A DNA stretch of 64,000 nt from Myxococcota bacterium (GTDB taxonomy: Bacteria > Myxococcota_A > UBA9160 > SZUA-336). Positions 36,498 through 45,308 of the stretch are shown in pieces. The stretch's first letter is position 1; each line of letters begins with the position of its first letter. The position numbers were made by a program, and so were the translations under genes. The notes beneath the pieces were generated by a model that saw only the letters and a list, made by a program, of their open reading frames with translations, was not told the DNA's origin and made no database searches. The stretch lies in contig JBBDXF010000019.1 of the NCBI GenBank assembly GCA_040902485.1, positions 6,076-70,075 on the forward strand. The letters are read 5' to 3'.

Positions 36498-37537
36498 GCA
36501 CCGCCAGAGAATCTTCGTCGCTGCCGCCCGGATTCCAGCTCTACCAGATGGCGATCGGTCACTACGTCTCGCGCGCGCTGTTCGTCGCGGCGAAGCTCGG
36601 CGTCGCGGATCGGCTCGCCTCGGGCCCGCGCGACGCAGGCGCGCTCGCGAAGGAAACCGATGCCGACGAAGCCGCGCTCGCGCGCATGCTGCGCCTGCTG
36701 GCGAGCGTCGGCGTGTTCGAAGCGCAGGACGACGGGCGCTTCGCGAACACGCCCCTCGGCGAGGCGCTGCGCGAGGACGTTCCGGGCTCCTCGCGTGCGT
36801 CGGTGATGCTGATCTCGGGCGTCGGCATCCAGGACAGCTGGAAGGAGCTCGAGTACTGCGTGCGCACGGGCCAGCCGGCGTTCCGCAAGACCTCGCCCGA
36901 CGCCGATCCGTTCACGCAGATGGCGGCGGATCCCGAGGCCGCAGCGCTGTTCGACAAGGCGATGGCGACCTTCGCGCCGCAGACCGCCGCGGCCGTCGCG
37001 GCGGCGTACGACTTCTCGCGCTTCAAGACACTGGTCGACGTGGGCGGCGGCAACGGGTCGCTCCTGCTGGGAATCTTGAAGGCGAACCCGGGCCTGCGCG
37101 GGATCGTGTTCGACCAGCCGCACGTGGCCGAGCGCGCGAAGGCGAAGATCCGCGAGGCGGGCGTGAGCGACCGCTGCGAAGCGGTCGGCGGCAGCTTCTT
37201 CGAGAGCGTCGCGCCCGGTGCCGACGCGTACCTGCTGAAGCACGTGATCCACGACTGGGACGACGAGCGCGCCGCCGCGATCCTGCGCAGCTGCCGGTCG
37301 GCGATGCCGTCGCACGGCCTGCTGCTGATCGTCGAAGGCGTGTACCCGGCGCGCATCGAGCGTTCGCTCGAGTGCCGCGGCGCGGCCGCGAACGACCTCA
37401 ACATGCTGGTGTGTACGGGCGGGCGGCAGCGCTCCGAGGCCGAGTTCCGCGACCTGTACCGCGCGGCCGGCTTCCGACTCACGCGAATCGTTCCCACCGC
37501 CACCGGCATCTGCGTGATGGAAGGGGAGCGCGCGTAG
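36494..37537 (+). CDS. Class I SAM-dependent O-methyltransferase (COMT/plant-type O-MT family with N-terminal dimerisation domain)
   Basis: LVDVGGGNGSLL (motif I), IVFDQPHV, GGSFFESVP-like GGSFFESVA and YLLKHVIHDWDDE. The ATG forms an ATGA overlap with the upstream stop. Confidence 0.88.
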   Translation: MSTARESSSLPPGFQLYQMAIGHYVSRALFVAAKLGVADRLASGPRDAGALAKETDADEAALARMLRLLASVGVFEAQDDGRFANTPLGEALREDVPGSSRASVMLISGVGIQDSWKELEYCVRTGQPAFRKTSPDADPFTQMAADPEAAALFDKAMATFAPQTAAAVAAAYDFSRFKTLVDVGGGNGSLLLGILKANPGLRGIVFDQPHVAERAKAKIREAGVSDRCEAVGGSFFESVAPGADAYLLKHVIHDWDDERAAAILRSCRSAMPSHGLLLIVEGVYPARIERSLECRGAAANDLNMLVCTGGRQRSEAEFRDLYRAAGFRLTRIVPTATGICVMEGERA

Positions 37538-37658
37538 GCGCGGCGGGCGTGCTGATGCTCGGAAGCCAGCTCGCGGTGTGGCTCGCTACGCGCGGTCCCG
37601 TCCCGCCCCCGGCGTCTGATAGCCTGCGCGTCGAGCCACTCCAGGAGGCGCCCGCGCG

Positions 37659-38096
37659 GTGAACGGATTCAGCCTGGTCTTTCCGATGTTCGCCATGTTC
37701 GCGCTCTCCGCCGTGGTGCTGGTGCTGCTGTTCCGGAGTCGGGTTCGCGCGATCCGCGAGCAGGACGTCTCGCAGAGCTACTTCAAGATCTATCAGGGCG
37801 GGGCCGAGCCCGAGTACGCCGCGAAGCGCTCGCGGCACTTCACGAACCTGTTCGAGGCGCCCACGCTGTTCTACGCCGTGTGTCTGGCCGCGATGGTCAC
37901 GCAGCAGGCCGACCGCGTGCTCGAGGTCCTGGCCTGGCTGTACGTCGCAGTGCGCTGCGTACACAGCTTCATTCACCTCGGCCGCAACGACGTGGTGCAG
38001 AGGCTCTCCGCGTACTTCACCTCGTGGGGCGTGCTGGCCGCGATGTGGATCTATCTGGTGGCGCGCGTCGCGACGGCCGGTCCGTCGGCCGGCTGA
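37659..38096 (+). CDS. MAPEG-family membrane protein
   Basis: Four hydrophobic segments. HFTNLFEAPTLFY (N..E..P.F motif) and RCVHSFIH. GTG start. Confidence 0.68.
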   Translation: MNGFSLVFPMFAMFALSAVVLVLLFRSRVRAIREQDVSQSYFKIYQGGAEPEYAAKRSRHFTNLFEAPTLFYAVCLAAMVTQQADRVLEVLAWLYVAVRCVHSFIHLGRNDVVQRLSAYFTSWGVLAAMWIYLVARVATAGPSAG

Positions 38097-38098
38097 GC

Positions 38099-38122
38099 GC
38101 GCCGACCGGGAGAGGTCGGGGC
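38099..38122. terminator. Candidate bidirectional stem-loop between the convergent MAPEG and NIPSNAP genes
   Basis: CCGACC-GGGAGA-GGTCGG (6 bp perfect, extendable by 2 bp across one mismatch). No U-tract. Confidence 0.3.
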
Positions 38123-38124
38123 AG

Positions 38125-38436
38125 TCACGCGGTGTCCACGCGCTCGAGGAAGGTCCGCTCCTCGCGCAGGATGATGCGCCGTGCCTGCGCGAAGGCGAAG
38201 TTCGCGCGACCGGCGGGGTCCGCCCGAATCCGCGCGCGGTACGCCGCGTACTCAGCGAGGCTCGGGAACGAGATCAGCCCCCATGCGACGTCGTTCGTGC
38301 CTTCGTCGGGCAGGAAGTAGCCGACGAGATCGCCGCCGCAGCGCGGAATGATCTCGCACCACTTCTCGGCGTAGGCGCGGAACGCGTCGCGCTGGAACGG
38401 ATCGATCTGGTAGCGGATGAAGCAGGTGATCGTCAT
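38125..38436 (-). CDS. NIPSNAP family protein
   Basis: 103 aa. [41 protein letters not shown] is typical of bacterial NIPSNAP (dimeric alpha/beta barrel) proteins. Confidence 0.75.
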   Translation of the reverse strand: MTITCFIRYQIDPFQRDAFRAYAEKWCEIIPRCGGDLVGYFLPDEGTNDVAWGLISFPSLAEYAAYRARIRADPAGRANFAFAQARRIILREERTFLERVDTA

Positions 38437-38469
38437 GGGGCGCAGATTAGCGCTTGCCGGTACGCGAAT

Positions 38470-38489
38470 GGTTCGACTATCATCGAACC
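38470..38489. promoter_or_regulatory. Perfect inverted repeat GGTTCGA-N6-TCGAACC abutting the ATG of the ArsR-like regulator; candidate autoregulatory operator
   Basis: Read from the sequence, in the divergent NIPSNAP/regulator intergenic region. It ends 1 nt before ATG 38490. Confidence 0.35.
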
Positions 38490-39179
38490 ATGGAAAACGG
38501 CCGTGGCATCGCCCGGGTCGCCTCGCTGTTCGGCGATCCCTCGCGCGCCGAGATCCTCCTCGCGTTGCTCGGCGGTCAGGCGCTCACCGCCAGCGAGCTC
38601 GCGCAGATCGCGAGCGTGACGAAGCAGACCGTGAGCGCCCACGTGGCGAAGCTGCTCGAAGCGGGGCTCGTCGCGCGCGAGATCCAGGGGCGCCATCGCT
38701 ACTTCCGGCTCGCCGGCCGCGACGTCTCGCGCCTGCTCGAGAGCCTGATGGGCGTGGCCGATCGCAGCGGCGCCGTCCGCGCGCGGGTCGGGCCGCGCGA
38801 TCCCGCCCTGCGCAAAGCTCGAGTCTGCTACGACCACCTGGCCGGCGAGCTCGGCGTGCTCGTGTTCGAGAGTCTCGATGCTCGCGCCTGCCTGCGCAGC
38901 GCTTGCGGAGGCCTCGATCTGACGCCCGCAGGACGGCGCTGCTTCGCGGCGCTCGGCATCGACGTCGCCTCGCTCGCGAGCGCGCGCCGGCCGCTGTGCC
39001 GAGCGTGCCTGGACTGGAGCGCGCGCCGGCCGCACCTCGCCGGTTCGCTGGGCGCGGCCCTGCTCGAGCGCATTTTCGCGCTCGGCTGGGCGCGTCGCGC
39101 GCGGCGCTCGCGCGTGGTGCACTTCTCGGCCCTCGGCGAGGGCGCGCTCCGCCGCGCGTTCCCGGCGCCCGAGAGATGA
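38490..39179 (+). CDS. ArsR-like winged-helix transcriptional regulator with a Cys-containing C-terminal domain
   Basis: [48 protein letters not shown], then ...[12 protein letters not shown]...[11 protein letters not shown] 38490 is preferred to TTG 38454. Confidence 0.75.
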   Translation: MENGRGIARVASLFGDPSRAEILLALLGGQALTASELAQIASVTKQTVSAHVAKLLEAGLVAREIQGRHRYFRLAGRDVSRLLESLMGVADRSGAVRARVGPRDPALRKARVCYDHLAGELGVLVFESLDARACLRSACGGLDLTPAGRRCFAALGIDVASLASARRPLCRACLDWSARRPHLAGSLGAALLERIFALGWARRARRSRVVHFSALGEGALRRAFPAPER

Positions 39180-39197
39180 GCCAGGACTTCGCGACAG

Positions 39198-39971
39198 CTA
39201 GACCGCGAGCCAGCCGCGCGAAGCGCAGCGTTCGTCGTACGGGAACACGATCCTTTCGTCGGGCGAGGCTTCGTGCTCATCCTTCTCCGGGCAGTCGACT
39301 CGCGAGAGGACGTGGCGGATGACGTTCAAGCGCGCAGCGCGCTTGTCGTCGGCACGCACGATGAACCAAGGCGTGACGGCGTTGTGAGTGCGTGCGAGCA
39401 TTTCGTCGCGCGCCCGGCTGTACGCGTTCCAACGTCTCAGCGCGACCTGATCGACGGGGCTCGACTTCCACTGCTTCAGCGGGTCGGTACGTCGCTCCTC
39501 CAGTCGGCGCCGCTGCTCGGCCTTCGAGATGTCGAGGTAGTACTTGAGCATCTGGATGCCGGCGTCGACCAGCATCTGTTCGAACGGAATCACGGCCTTG
39601 AAGAACCGCGCGACGTCGGGCTCGGTGCAGAATCCCATCACGCGCTCGACGCCGGCCCGGCTGTACCAGCTGCGATTGAAGAGCACCAGCTCCTGCGCGG
39701 AGGGGAGGTGCGGAATGAAGCGTTGGAAGTACCATGAGCGCTCGTCGCGATCGGACGGCTTGCCGAGCGCGACCACCCGCGTTTCGCGCGGGCTCAGGTG
39801 CTCCACGACGCGCTTGATGATGCCGTCCTTGCCGGCGGCGTCGCGACCCTCGACGATGACGAGCAGTTTGTGCCCGTGCTCGATGACGTGCCGCTGCAGC
39901 TTGACGAGCTCGATCTGAAGCCGACGTAGCCGCCTCTCGTAGCCGTCGTCGCGCGACCTTTTCTTCGCCAT
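39198..39971 (-). CDS. ppk2: Polyphosphate kinase 2 (single-domain)
   Basis: An internal ATG 39971 gives MAKKRSRDDGYERRLRRLQIELVKLQ. Walker A VEGRDAAGKDG, plus YFQRF, LFNRSWY and the WKSSP..D lid motif. Confidence 0.9.
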   Translation of the reverse strand: MAKKRSRDDGYERRLRRLQIELVKLQRHVIEHGHKLLVIVEGRDAAGKDGIIKRVVEHLSPRETRVVALGKPSDRDERSWYFQRFIPHLPSAQELVLFNRSWYSRAGVERVMGFCTEPDVARFFKAVIPFEQMLVDAGIQMLKYYLDISKAEQRRRLEERRTDPLKQWKSSPVDQVALRRWNAYSRARDEMLARTHNAVTPWFIVRADDKRAARLNVIRHVLSRVDCPEKDEHEASPDERIVFPYDERCASRGWLAV

Positions 39972-40020
39972 TTCCGATCCCCCCGCGCTCGCTGGAGCAG
40001 CGACGGTGTAGTCTCTGCTC

Positions 40021-40587
40021 ATGTCGATCGTCGCGCGAATCGTGCTCGTCGTGGGATTGCTGGCCGCCGTCGTCGTCTCCACGGTCTTCTCCGGCCTGGT
40101 GGACGTCGCCGCGACCTCTCCTCATTGGCGCGTCACCGACTGGATTCTCTCCAGCGCGATGGTGAGCTCCGTGCGACGGCGAGCGCGCACTGTCCAAGTC
40201 CCCGACGACCTCGACGACGCTTCGCGACTCCGGCGCGCGGCATCCGGATACGAAAAGATGTGCGCCGCGTGTCACGCGAGGCCCGGAGAAAAGCCTGGCG
40301 TGCTTGCGCAGGGGCTTCTGCCCGAGCCACCGGCGCTCGCGGAGGAAGCCGAGGCGTGGAGCGCGGCCGAGCAGTTCTGGATCGTGAAGAACGGCGTCCG
40401 CATGACCGGCATGCCGGCGTTTGGCCCGACGCACACGGACGAGCAGCTCTGGGATCTCGTCGCGTTGCTGCGCGGATTGCCCTCGCTGTCGCCCGACGAC
40501 TACCGCTCGCTCGTCGCGACTTCTGCGGAGCACGGCTCGCACGATCACACTCACGGAGAGCGTCGCGAGACGCACGAGCCGGATTGA
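40021..40587 (+). CDS. Membrane-anchored c-type cytochrome with a His-rich C-terminal tail
   Basis: N-terminal TM IVARIVLVVGLLAAVVVSTVF. Haem motif CAACH with candidate Met ligand in GVRMTGMPAF. The tail is AEHGSHDHTHGERRETHEPD. Confidence 0.75.
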   Translation: MSIVARIVLVVGLLAAVVVSTVFSGLVDVAATSPHWRVTDWILSSAMVSSVRRRARTVQVPDDLDDASRLRRAASGYEKMCAACHARPGEKPGVLAQGLLPEPPALAEEAEAWSAAEQFWIVKNGVRMTGMPAFGPTHTDEQLWDLVALLRGLPSLSPDDYRSLVATSAEHGSHDHTHGERRETHEPD

Positions 40588-40599
40588 CGGCCGCTCGAA

Positions 40600-41295
40600 T
40601 CATGGTGACCGGATCGCTGCACTCAGACGGGTCCCGAGCGCGACTCCCCCATACGCCCCGATCGCGGTGCCAGCCATCCAGCCCGTGAGCACGCCCACGG
40701 ACGTGCCTACGGATTGGAGCGCAACGCCCGGCAACAATAGCAGCGCGAGCATCGCCGCTGGCAGCAAGGGGCGAATCCGTACGCTCTCCGACGCGCCGAT
40801 CGCGAGAAACGCCGAAATCGTTCCGAACGCGAGCGTCGTCACGAGCCCGAAGCAGAGCGCGCTCAGCGCGAGCCCGGAGCTTCTCGTGAGCTCCGCGCCG
40901 AACGGCGTGCTCGACCACCAGACGAGGAAGTGCGGATCCGGGCAGGCGAGGCCGCAGACGCCCGCGATACCCAAGCCGATCAGCCCGATCGAGGCGGAGC
41001 GTGCGAGCGGCAGCGTCGGTGTGCGAACCTGAAGCAGCGCGATCGCGAGCGTCACGACCAGGAGCTCGGCCCACACCGTACTGAACGCTGCCACGTGCCA
41101 GGGCTCATGGTGCTCGAACGGATGCTCCGTCACCAGCAGGGTCGCGCCGAGCGCGCCCGCGACGCCGATCGTGCCGGCCAGAATCAGCAGCCGCGCCGTG
41201 CGCCAGCCGCGCTGCTCTACGTCGCGCTGGAGCACGCCGAGAATGCCGGAGCGAACCCCTTCGCGCAGCTCCTCGGGCGATTGCGGATCGTCCAT
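40600..41295 (-). CDS. Multi-pass membrane protein, putative anti-sigma factor (NrsF/DUF1109-like by context)
   Basis: It lies 45 nt downstream of the ECF sigma gene on the same strand. About 6 hydrophobic segments. His cluster EHPFEHHEPWH and Cys pair GVCGLACPDPH. The family assignment is from memory of gene context and is not verified. Confidence 0.45.
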   Translation of the reverse strand: MDDPQSPEELREGVRSGILGVLQRDVEQRGWRTARLLILAGTIGVAGALGATLLVTEHPFEHHEPWHVAAFSTVWAELLVVTLAIALLQVRTPTLPLARSASIGLIGLGIAGVCGLACPDPHFLVWWSSTPFGAELTRSSGLALSALCFGLVTTLAFGTISAFLAIGASESVRIRPLLPAAMLALLLLPGVALQSVGTSVGVLTGWMAGTAIGAYGGVALGTRLSAAIRSP

Positions 41296-41340
41296 GGTCG
41301 TTTCTACTCTCCGCCTTCTCGAGCGCGCCGAGGGCTCGTC

Positions 41341-41919
41341 TCAGAGATGAACGGGTCGAGCGAAACTCGTCCGGGGAACCCCCCGCAGCCGCCGCATTGC
41401 CCGCGAAGCCAGCTGCTTGACGGCGTCGACGGATTTGCCGAGCTGCTCCGCAAGCTCCGCATAGCCGAGGCCGTGGACCTTCGCGGAGACCAGCACGTAA
41501 CGCTCCTCCACGGTGAGCGCACCGAGCACGCGTCGAAGCTCGTCTCGCTCCGAGAGCGCGTTCTCGCCGTGGGACGCGCGGCTGTGGAGATTCGACGACT
41601 CGAGAGGAACTTCGCGGTGGCGGTAGGCGCGCCGTACGTCGTCCACCAGGAGACGATGGGCGATCTGGAACAGCCACGGTGCGAACGGGCGTTGGCAATC
41701 GTAGTCGTGCCGGGCGCGGTGAACGCGCAAGAACAGATCCTGATACAGATCCTGTGCGCGCTCGACCGAGCCGGTCCGCTTGAAGAAGAAGGCGTATGCG
41801 CGCCGCTCGTAGCGCTCGAACAGCGCTTCGAATGCTCGGCTATCCCCATCCGAGTACCACCCCATGAGCGTCTCATCCGAAACCTCGGAATCTCCAAGAG
41901 CGCGACTCGATCGAGGCAT
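41341..41919 (-). CDS. ECF-type RNA polymerase sigma-70 family factor
   Basis: Region 2: DLYQDLFLRVHRARHDYD...FAPWLFQIAHRLLVD. Region 4: ERYVLVSAKVHGLGYAELAEQLGKSVDAVKQLASRA. Confidence 0.88.
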   Translation of the reverse strand: MPRSSRALGDSEVSDETLMGWYSDGDSRAFEALFERYERRAYAFFFKRTGSVERAQDLYQDLFLRVHRARHDYDCQRPFAPWLFQIAHRLLVDDVRRAYRHREVPLESSNLHSRASHGENALSERDELRRVLGALTVEERYVLVSAKVHGLGYAELAEQLGKSVDAVKQLASRAMRRLRGVPRTSFARPVHL

Positions 41920-42170
41920 ACGTGCGAGCCCCAGAATTGTGACGATCGATTCTCACTGCAGTCGACGTGCCGTTGCAAGGGGGACGAACGAGCCCATTCG
42001 GCCTCCGGCGCAGAGATGGCCCGTCTCATGGCAGCATCCCGTCTGTGGCGCGATGTCTCCATTCGCGGACGGATGGTACTCGCTTCGCCAACTCGAGCAG
42101 CGCCGCCGGGACGAGAGCCGCGAGCACCCGCAGGGCGCAGTCGGTCCAGGGCAGCTCATGGCCGGGCGAG

Positions 42171-45100
42171 CTACACGCCGGGCGAGGCGCTCGCGCGGGC
42201 CGAGGCGCGGAGCTGTCTCGCACGCCACGCGACGTAGAGCGCCGGAATCGCGAACAGGGTCATGACGAGGAGCGAGAACAGGCCGCCCTGCATCGGCGAT
42301 GCAATGCGCTTGGCCACGTCGGCGCCCGTGCCCTCGGCCAGCATGATCGGAACGAGACCCAGGATGTTCATGCCGACGGCCATCACGATCGCGCGGATCC
42401 GGGGCACCGCGGCCTCGAGCGCGAGCGCGACGAGATCGTCCGCGCTGCGCAGCCGGCCCTCGGCGAGCCAGCGCGCGTGGGTCTCGTCGAGGTAGACGAC
42501 CATCACGGAAGCGGTCTCTGCCGCGACGCCGACCAGCGCGATCATGCCGACGTAGGCGGCGATGGAGGTGTTGTACTCGAGCGCCGCCATCAGCCAGATC
42601 GAACCGACCAGCGAGAGCGGCACGGCGGTCATCACCAGCAGCGCCTGCACCGCGCCGCCGAAGTTCAGGGTGAGGATCGCGAAGACGATCGCGAGCGTGA
42701 GCGGAACGACGAGAAGCAGGCGGCTGCGAATGCGCTCCAGGAACTCGTACTGGCCCGTCCAGCCGAGGCGGTAGCCGGGCGGGAGCTCGAGTGACTCGGC
42801 GACCGCGGCCTTCGCGTCGCGCACGTAGCCGCCGATGTCTCGCCCCGCGATGTCGACGTAGACCCAGCCAACGAGCGACCCCGCCTCCGACTTGATCATC
42901 GGCGGCCCCAGGGTCGCCTCGAGCTTGCCGAGCTGCGCGAGCGGAATCTGCGCGCCGTCCATCGTGGGCACGAGCACGCGGCGCAGGCTGTCGATGTCGT
43001 CGCGGAGCTCGCGCGGGTAGCGCACGTTGATCGTGTAGCGCTCGCGACCCTCGATCGTGCGATCGATGTCCATGCCGCCGATGGCCGTCTCGACGACCTC
43101 GAGCACGTCCATCACGCGCAGGCCGTAGCGCGCGATCTCGTCGCGGTCGGGAGTGAAGTCGAGATAGAAGCCGCCGAGCTCGCGCTCGGCGTAGACGCTG
43201 CGCGTTCCGGGCACGCCGCGCAGCGTCGCCTCGAGCTGCTCGCCGATCCGCGCGATCCGAGCCAGGTCCGGGCCGAACACCTTGATTCCGATCGGCGTGC
43301 GGATCCCGGTCGTCAGCATGTCGACGCGCGCCTTCACGGGCATGGTCCAGGCCGACTGCATGCCCGGTGTCTCCACGGCCGCCGCGAGCTCCTCGACGAG
43401 CCGCTCTGGCGTCATCCCGCTGCGCCACTCCGCGCGCGGGCGCAGCGCGATCACCGTCTCGATCATCGAGAGCGGCGCCGGGTCGGTCGGCGTCTCGGCC
43501 CTGCCGGCCTTGCCGAAGACCGAGCGCACCTCGGGGAAGCTCTTCAGCACGCGGTCCTGGATCGACACGACGCGCTTCGCTTCTTCGATCGAGAGCCCGG
43601 GCACGCTCACCGGCATGAACAGCAGGCTGCCCTCGTCGAGGGGCGGCATGAACTCCGATCCGACCCGCGCGAAGATCGGAACGGTCGCCAGAACCGCGGC
43701 CGCCGAGGCGGCCAGGAACACGCGTCGGTGTCGCAGCACGACGCCGAGCGCCGGGCGGTAGAGCGCCATCAGCGCTCGGTTCACGGGGTTCGCTTCCTCG
43801 GGCGGGATGCGCCCGCGCACGAACAGGATCATCAGCACGGGTACGAGCGTGATCGAAAGCACCGAGGCGAAGGCCATCGAGAACGTCTTCGTGTACGCGA
43901 GCGGCTTGAACAGCCGCCCCTCCTGCGCCTCGAGCACGAGGATCGGAAGGAACGACACGGTGAGCACGAGCAGCGATCCGAACATCGGAGCGCCGAGGCG
44001 CTTCGCGGAGTCGAGGATCACGCGCGCGCGGTCGGCCCCCGGCCCCGCCTCTGCGAGGCGGCGGTGGGCGTCCTCGATCATCAGGACGGCGGCGTCGACG
44101 ATGTCGCCGATCGCGATGATCACGCCGGCGAGCGACATGATGTTCGTCGTGAGGCCGAGCAGGTACATCGGCACGAACGAGAGCAGCACGGCCACGGGGA
44201 GCATCAGCAGCGCCACGAGCGACGAGCGCAGGTGCAGGAGGAAGACGGCGATCACCAGCGCGACGATCGCGATCTCCTCGAGCAGCGCGTCGCGCAGCGT
44301 CGCGACCGAGTCGCGGATCAAGGGCGCGCGGTCGTAGGTCACGACCAGCTCCACGCCCGGCGGAAAGCTCGGGCGCAGCTCCTCGATGCGAGCCTTCACC
44401 CGCTCGACCACGCGCAGCGCGTTCTCGCCGAAGCGCATCACGACGATGCCGCCCGCGACCTCGCCCTCGCCATCGAGCTCCGCGAAGCCCCGACGGATGT
44501 TGCCGCCGATCCGAATGCTCGCGACGTCCGACAGGCGCACGGGCGTACCCGAACCGTCGGACCCGACGACGACGCGTTCGAGATCCGCGACGCCGGTGAT
44601 GTAGCCCCGGCCGCGCACCGCGTACTCGTGCTCCGAGAGCTCGATCACGCGGCCGCCCACGTCGAGGTTCGACATGCGGATGGCGTCGATCAGCTGGCGA
44701 AGCGGCAGCCGATAGGCGAGGAGCCGCATGGGATCGATCGTGACCTGGTACTGCTTCTCGTAGCCGCCCAGGGACGCGACCTCGGCGACTCCCGGCACGG
44801 CGGCGAGCGCGTAGCGCAGCGTCCAGTCCTGGTACGAGCGGAGCTCGGAGAGATCGCTCTGCCCGGTCCGGTCCACGAGCGCGTACTCGAAGACCCAGCC
44901 GACGCCCGTCGCGTCCGGACCGATCTGAGGCGTGACGCCGGGCGGAAGGCTACCCTGGAGCTTCGACAGGTATTCGAGCGCGCGGCTGCGCGCCCAGTAG
45001 ATGTCGGTCCCGTCTTCGAAGATCACGTAGACGAACGACATCCCGAACATCGTGAAGCCGCGCACCGCCTTCACCTTCGGCGCGCCCAGGAACACGGTCG

Positions 45101-45308
45101 TGATCGGGTAGGTGATCTGGTCCTCGACCAGCGTGGGACTCCGGCCCATCCACTCCGTGAACACGATCACCTGCGTGTCGGAGAGATCGGGCAGCGCGTC
45201 GAGCGGCGTGCGCTCGAGCGCCCACGCACCCGCGACCGCGCCGAGCAGCGACGCGGCGAGCACGAGCGAACGATTGCGCCCGCACCAGTCGATCAGGCGC
45301 GCGATCAC
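42171..45308 (-). CDS. cusA: CusA/CzcA-family heavy-metal efflux RND permease (CusA-like)
   Basis: The GTG at 45308 gives (V)IARLIDW...ALPDLSDTQVIVFTEWMGRSP...VYVIFEDGTDIYWARSRALEYL...GPDATGVGWVFEYALVD, closely recalling E. coli CusA. GTGA overlap with cusB. Confidence 0.92.
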   Translation of the reverse strand: MIARLIDWCGRNRSLVLAASLLGAVAGAWALERTPLDALPDLSDTQVIVFTEWMGRSPTLVEDQITYPITTVFLGAPKVKAVRGFTMFGMSFVYVIFEDGTDIYWARSRALEYLSKLQGSLPPGVTPQIGPDATGVGWVFEYALVDRTGQSDLSELRSYQDWTLRYALAAVPGVAEVASLGGYEKQYQVTIDPMRLLAYRLPLRQLIDAIRMSNLDVGGRVIELSEHEYAVRGRGYITGVADLERVVVGSDGSGTPVRLSDVASIRIGGNIRRGFAELDGEGEVAGGIVVMRFGENALRVVERVKARIEELRPSFPPGVELVVTYDRAPLIRDSVATLRDALLEEIAIVALVIAVFLLHLRSSLVALLMLPVAVLLSFVPMYLLGLTTNIMSLAGVIIAIGDIVDAAVLMIEDAHRRLAEAGPGADRARVILDSAKRLGAPMFGSLLVLTVSFLPILVLEAQEGRLFKPLAYTKTFSMAFASVLSITLVPVLMILFVRGRIPPEEANPVNRALMALYRPALGVVLRHRRVFLAASAAAVLATVPIFARVGSEFMPPLDEGSLLFMPVSVPGLSIEEAKRVVSIQDRVLKSFPEVRSVFGKAGRAETPTDPAPLSMIETVIALRPRAEWRSGMTPERLVEELAAAVETPGMQSAWTMPVKARVDMLTTGIRTPIGIKVFGPDLARIARIGEQLEATLRGVPGTRSVYAERELGGFYLDFTPDRDEIARYGLRVMDVLEVVETAIGGMDIDRTIEGRERYTINVRYPRELRDDIDSLRRVLVPTMDGAQIPLAQLGKLEATLGPPMIKSEAGSLVGWVYVDIAGRDIGGYVRDAKAAVAESLELPPGYRLGWTGQYEFLERIRSRLLLVVPLTLAIVFAILTLNFGGAVQALLVMTAVPLSLVGSIWLMAALEYNTSIAAYVGMIALVGVAAETASVMVVYLDETHARWLAEGRLRSADDLVALALEAAVPRIRAIVMAVGMNILGLVPIMLAEGTGADVAKRIASPMQGGLFSLLVMTLFAIPALYVAWRARQLRASARASASPGV

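Noticed and set aside
39971-40022. Alternative PPK2 start at ATG 40022, sharing a CATG with the divergent cytochrome c start
   Set aside because: The extra 17 residues (MSRDYTVAAPASAGGSE) add nothing conserved and would leave no promoter space. ATG 39971 (MAKKRSRDD...) matches the usual PPK2 N-terminal length.
39277-40575. 432-aa minus-strand ORF overlapping ppk2 and the cytochrome c gene
   Set aside because: It is off-frame relative to the PPK2 motif-bearing frame and antisense to the CAACH cytochrome, and it has no motifs.
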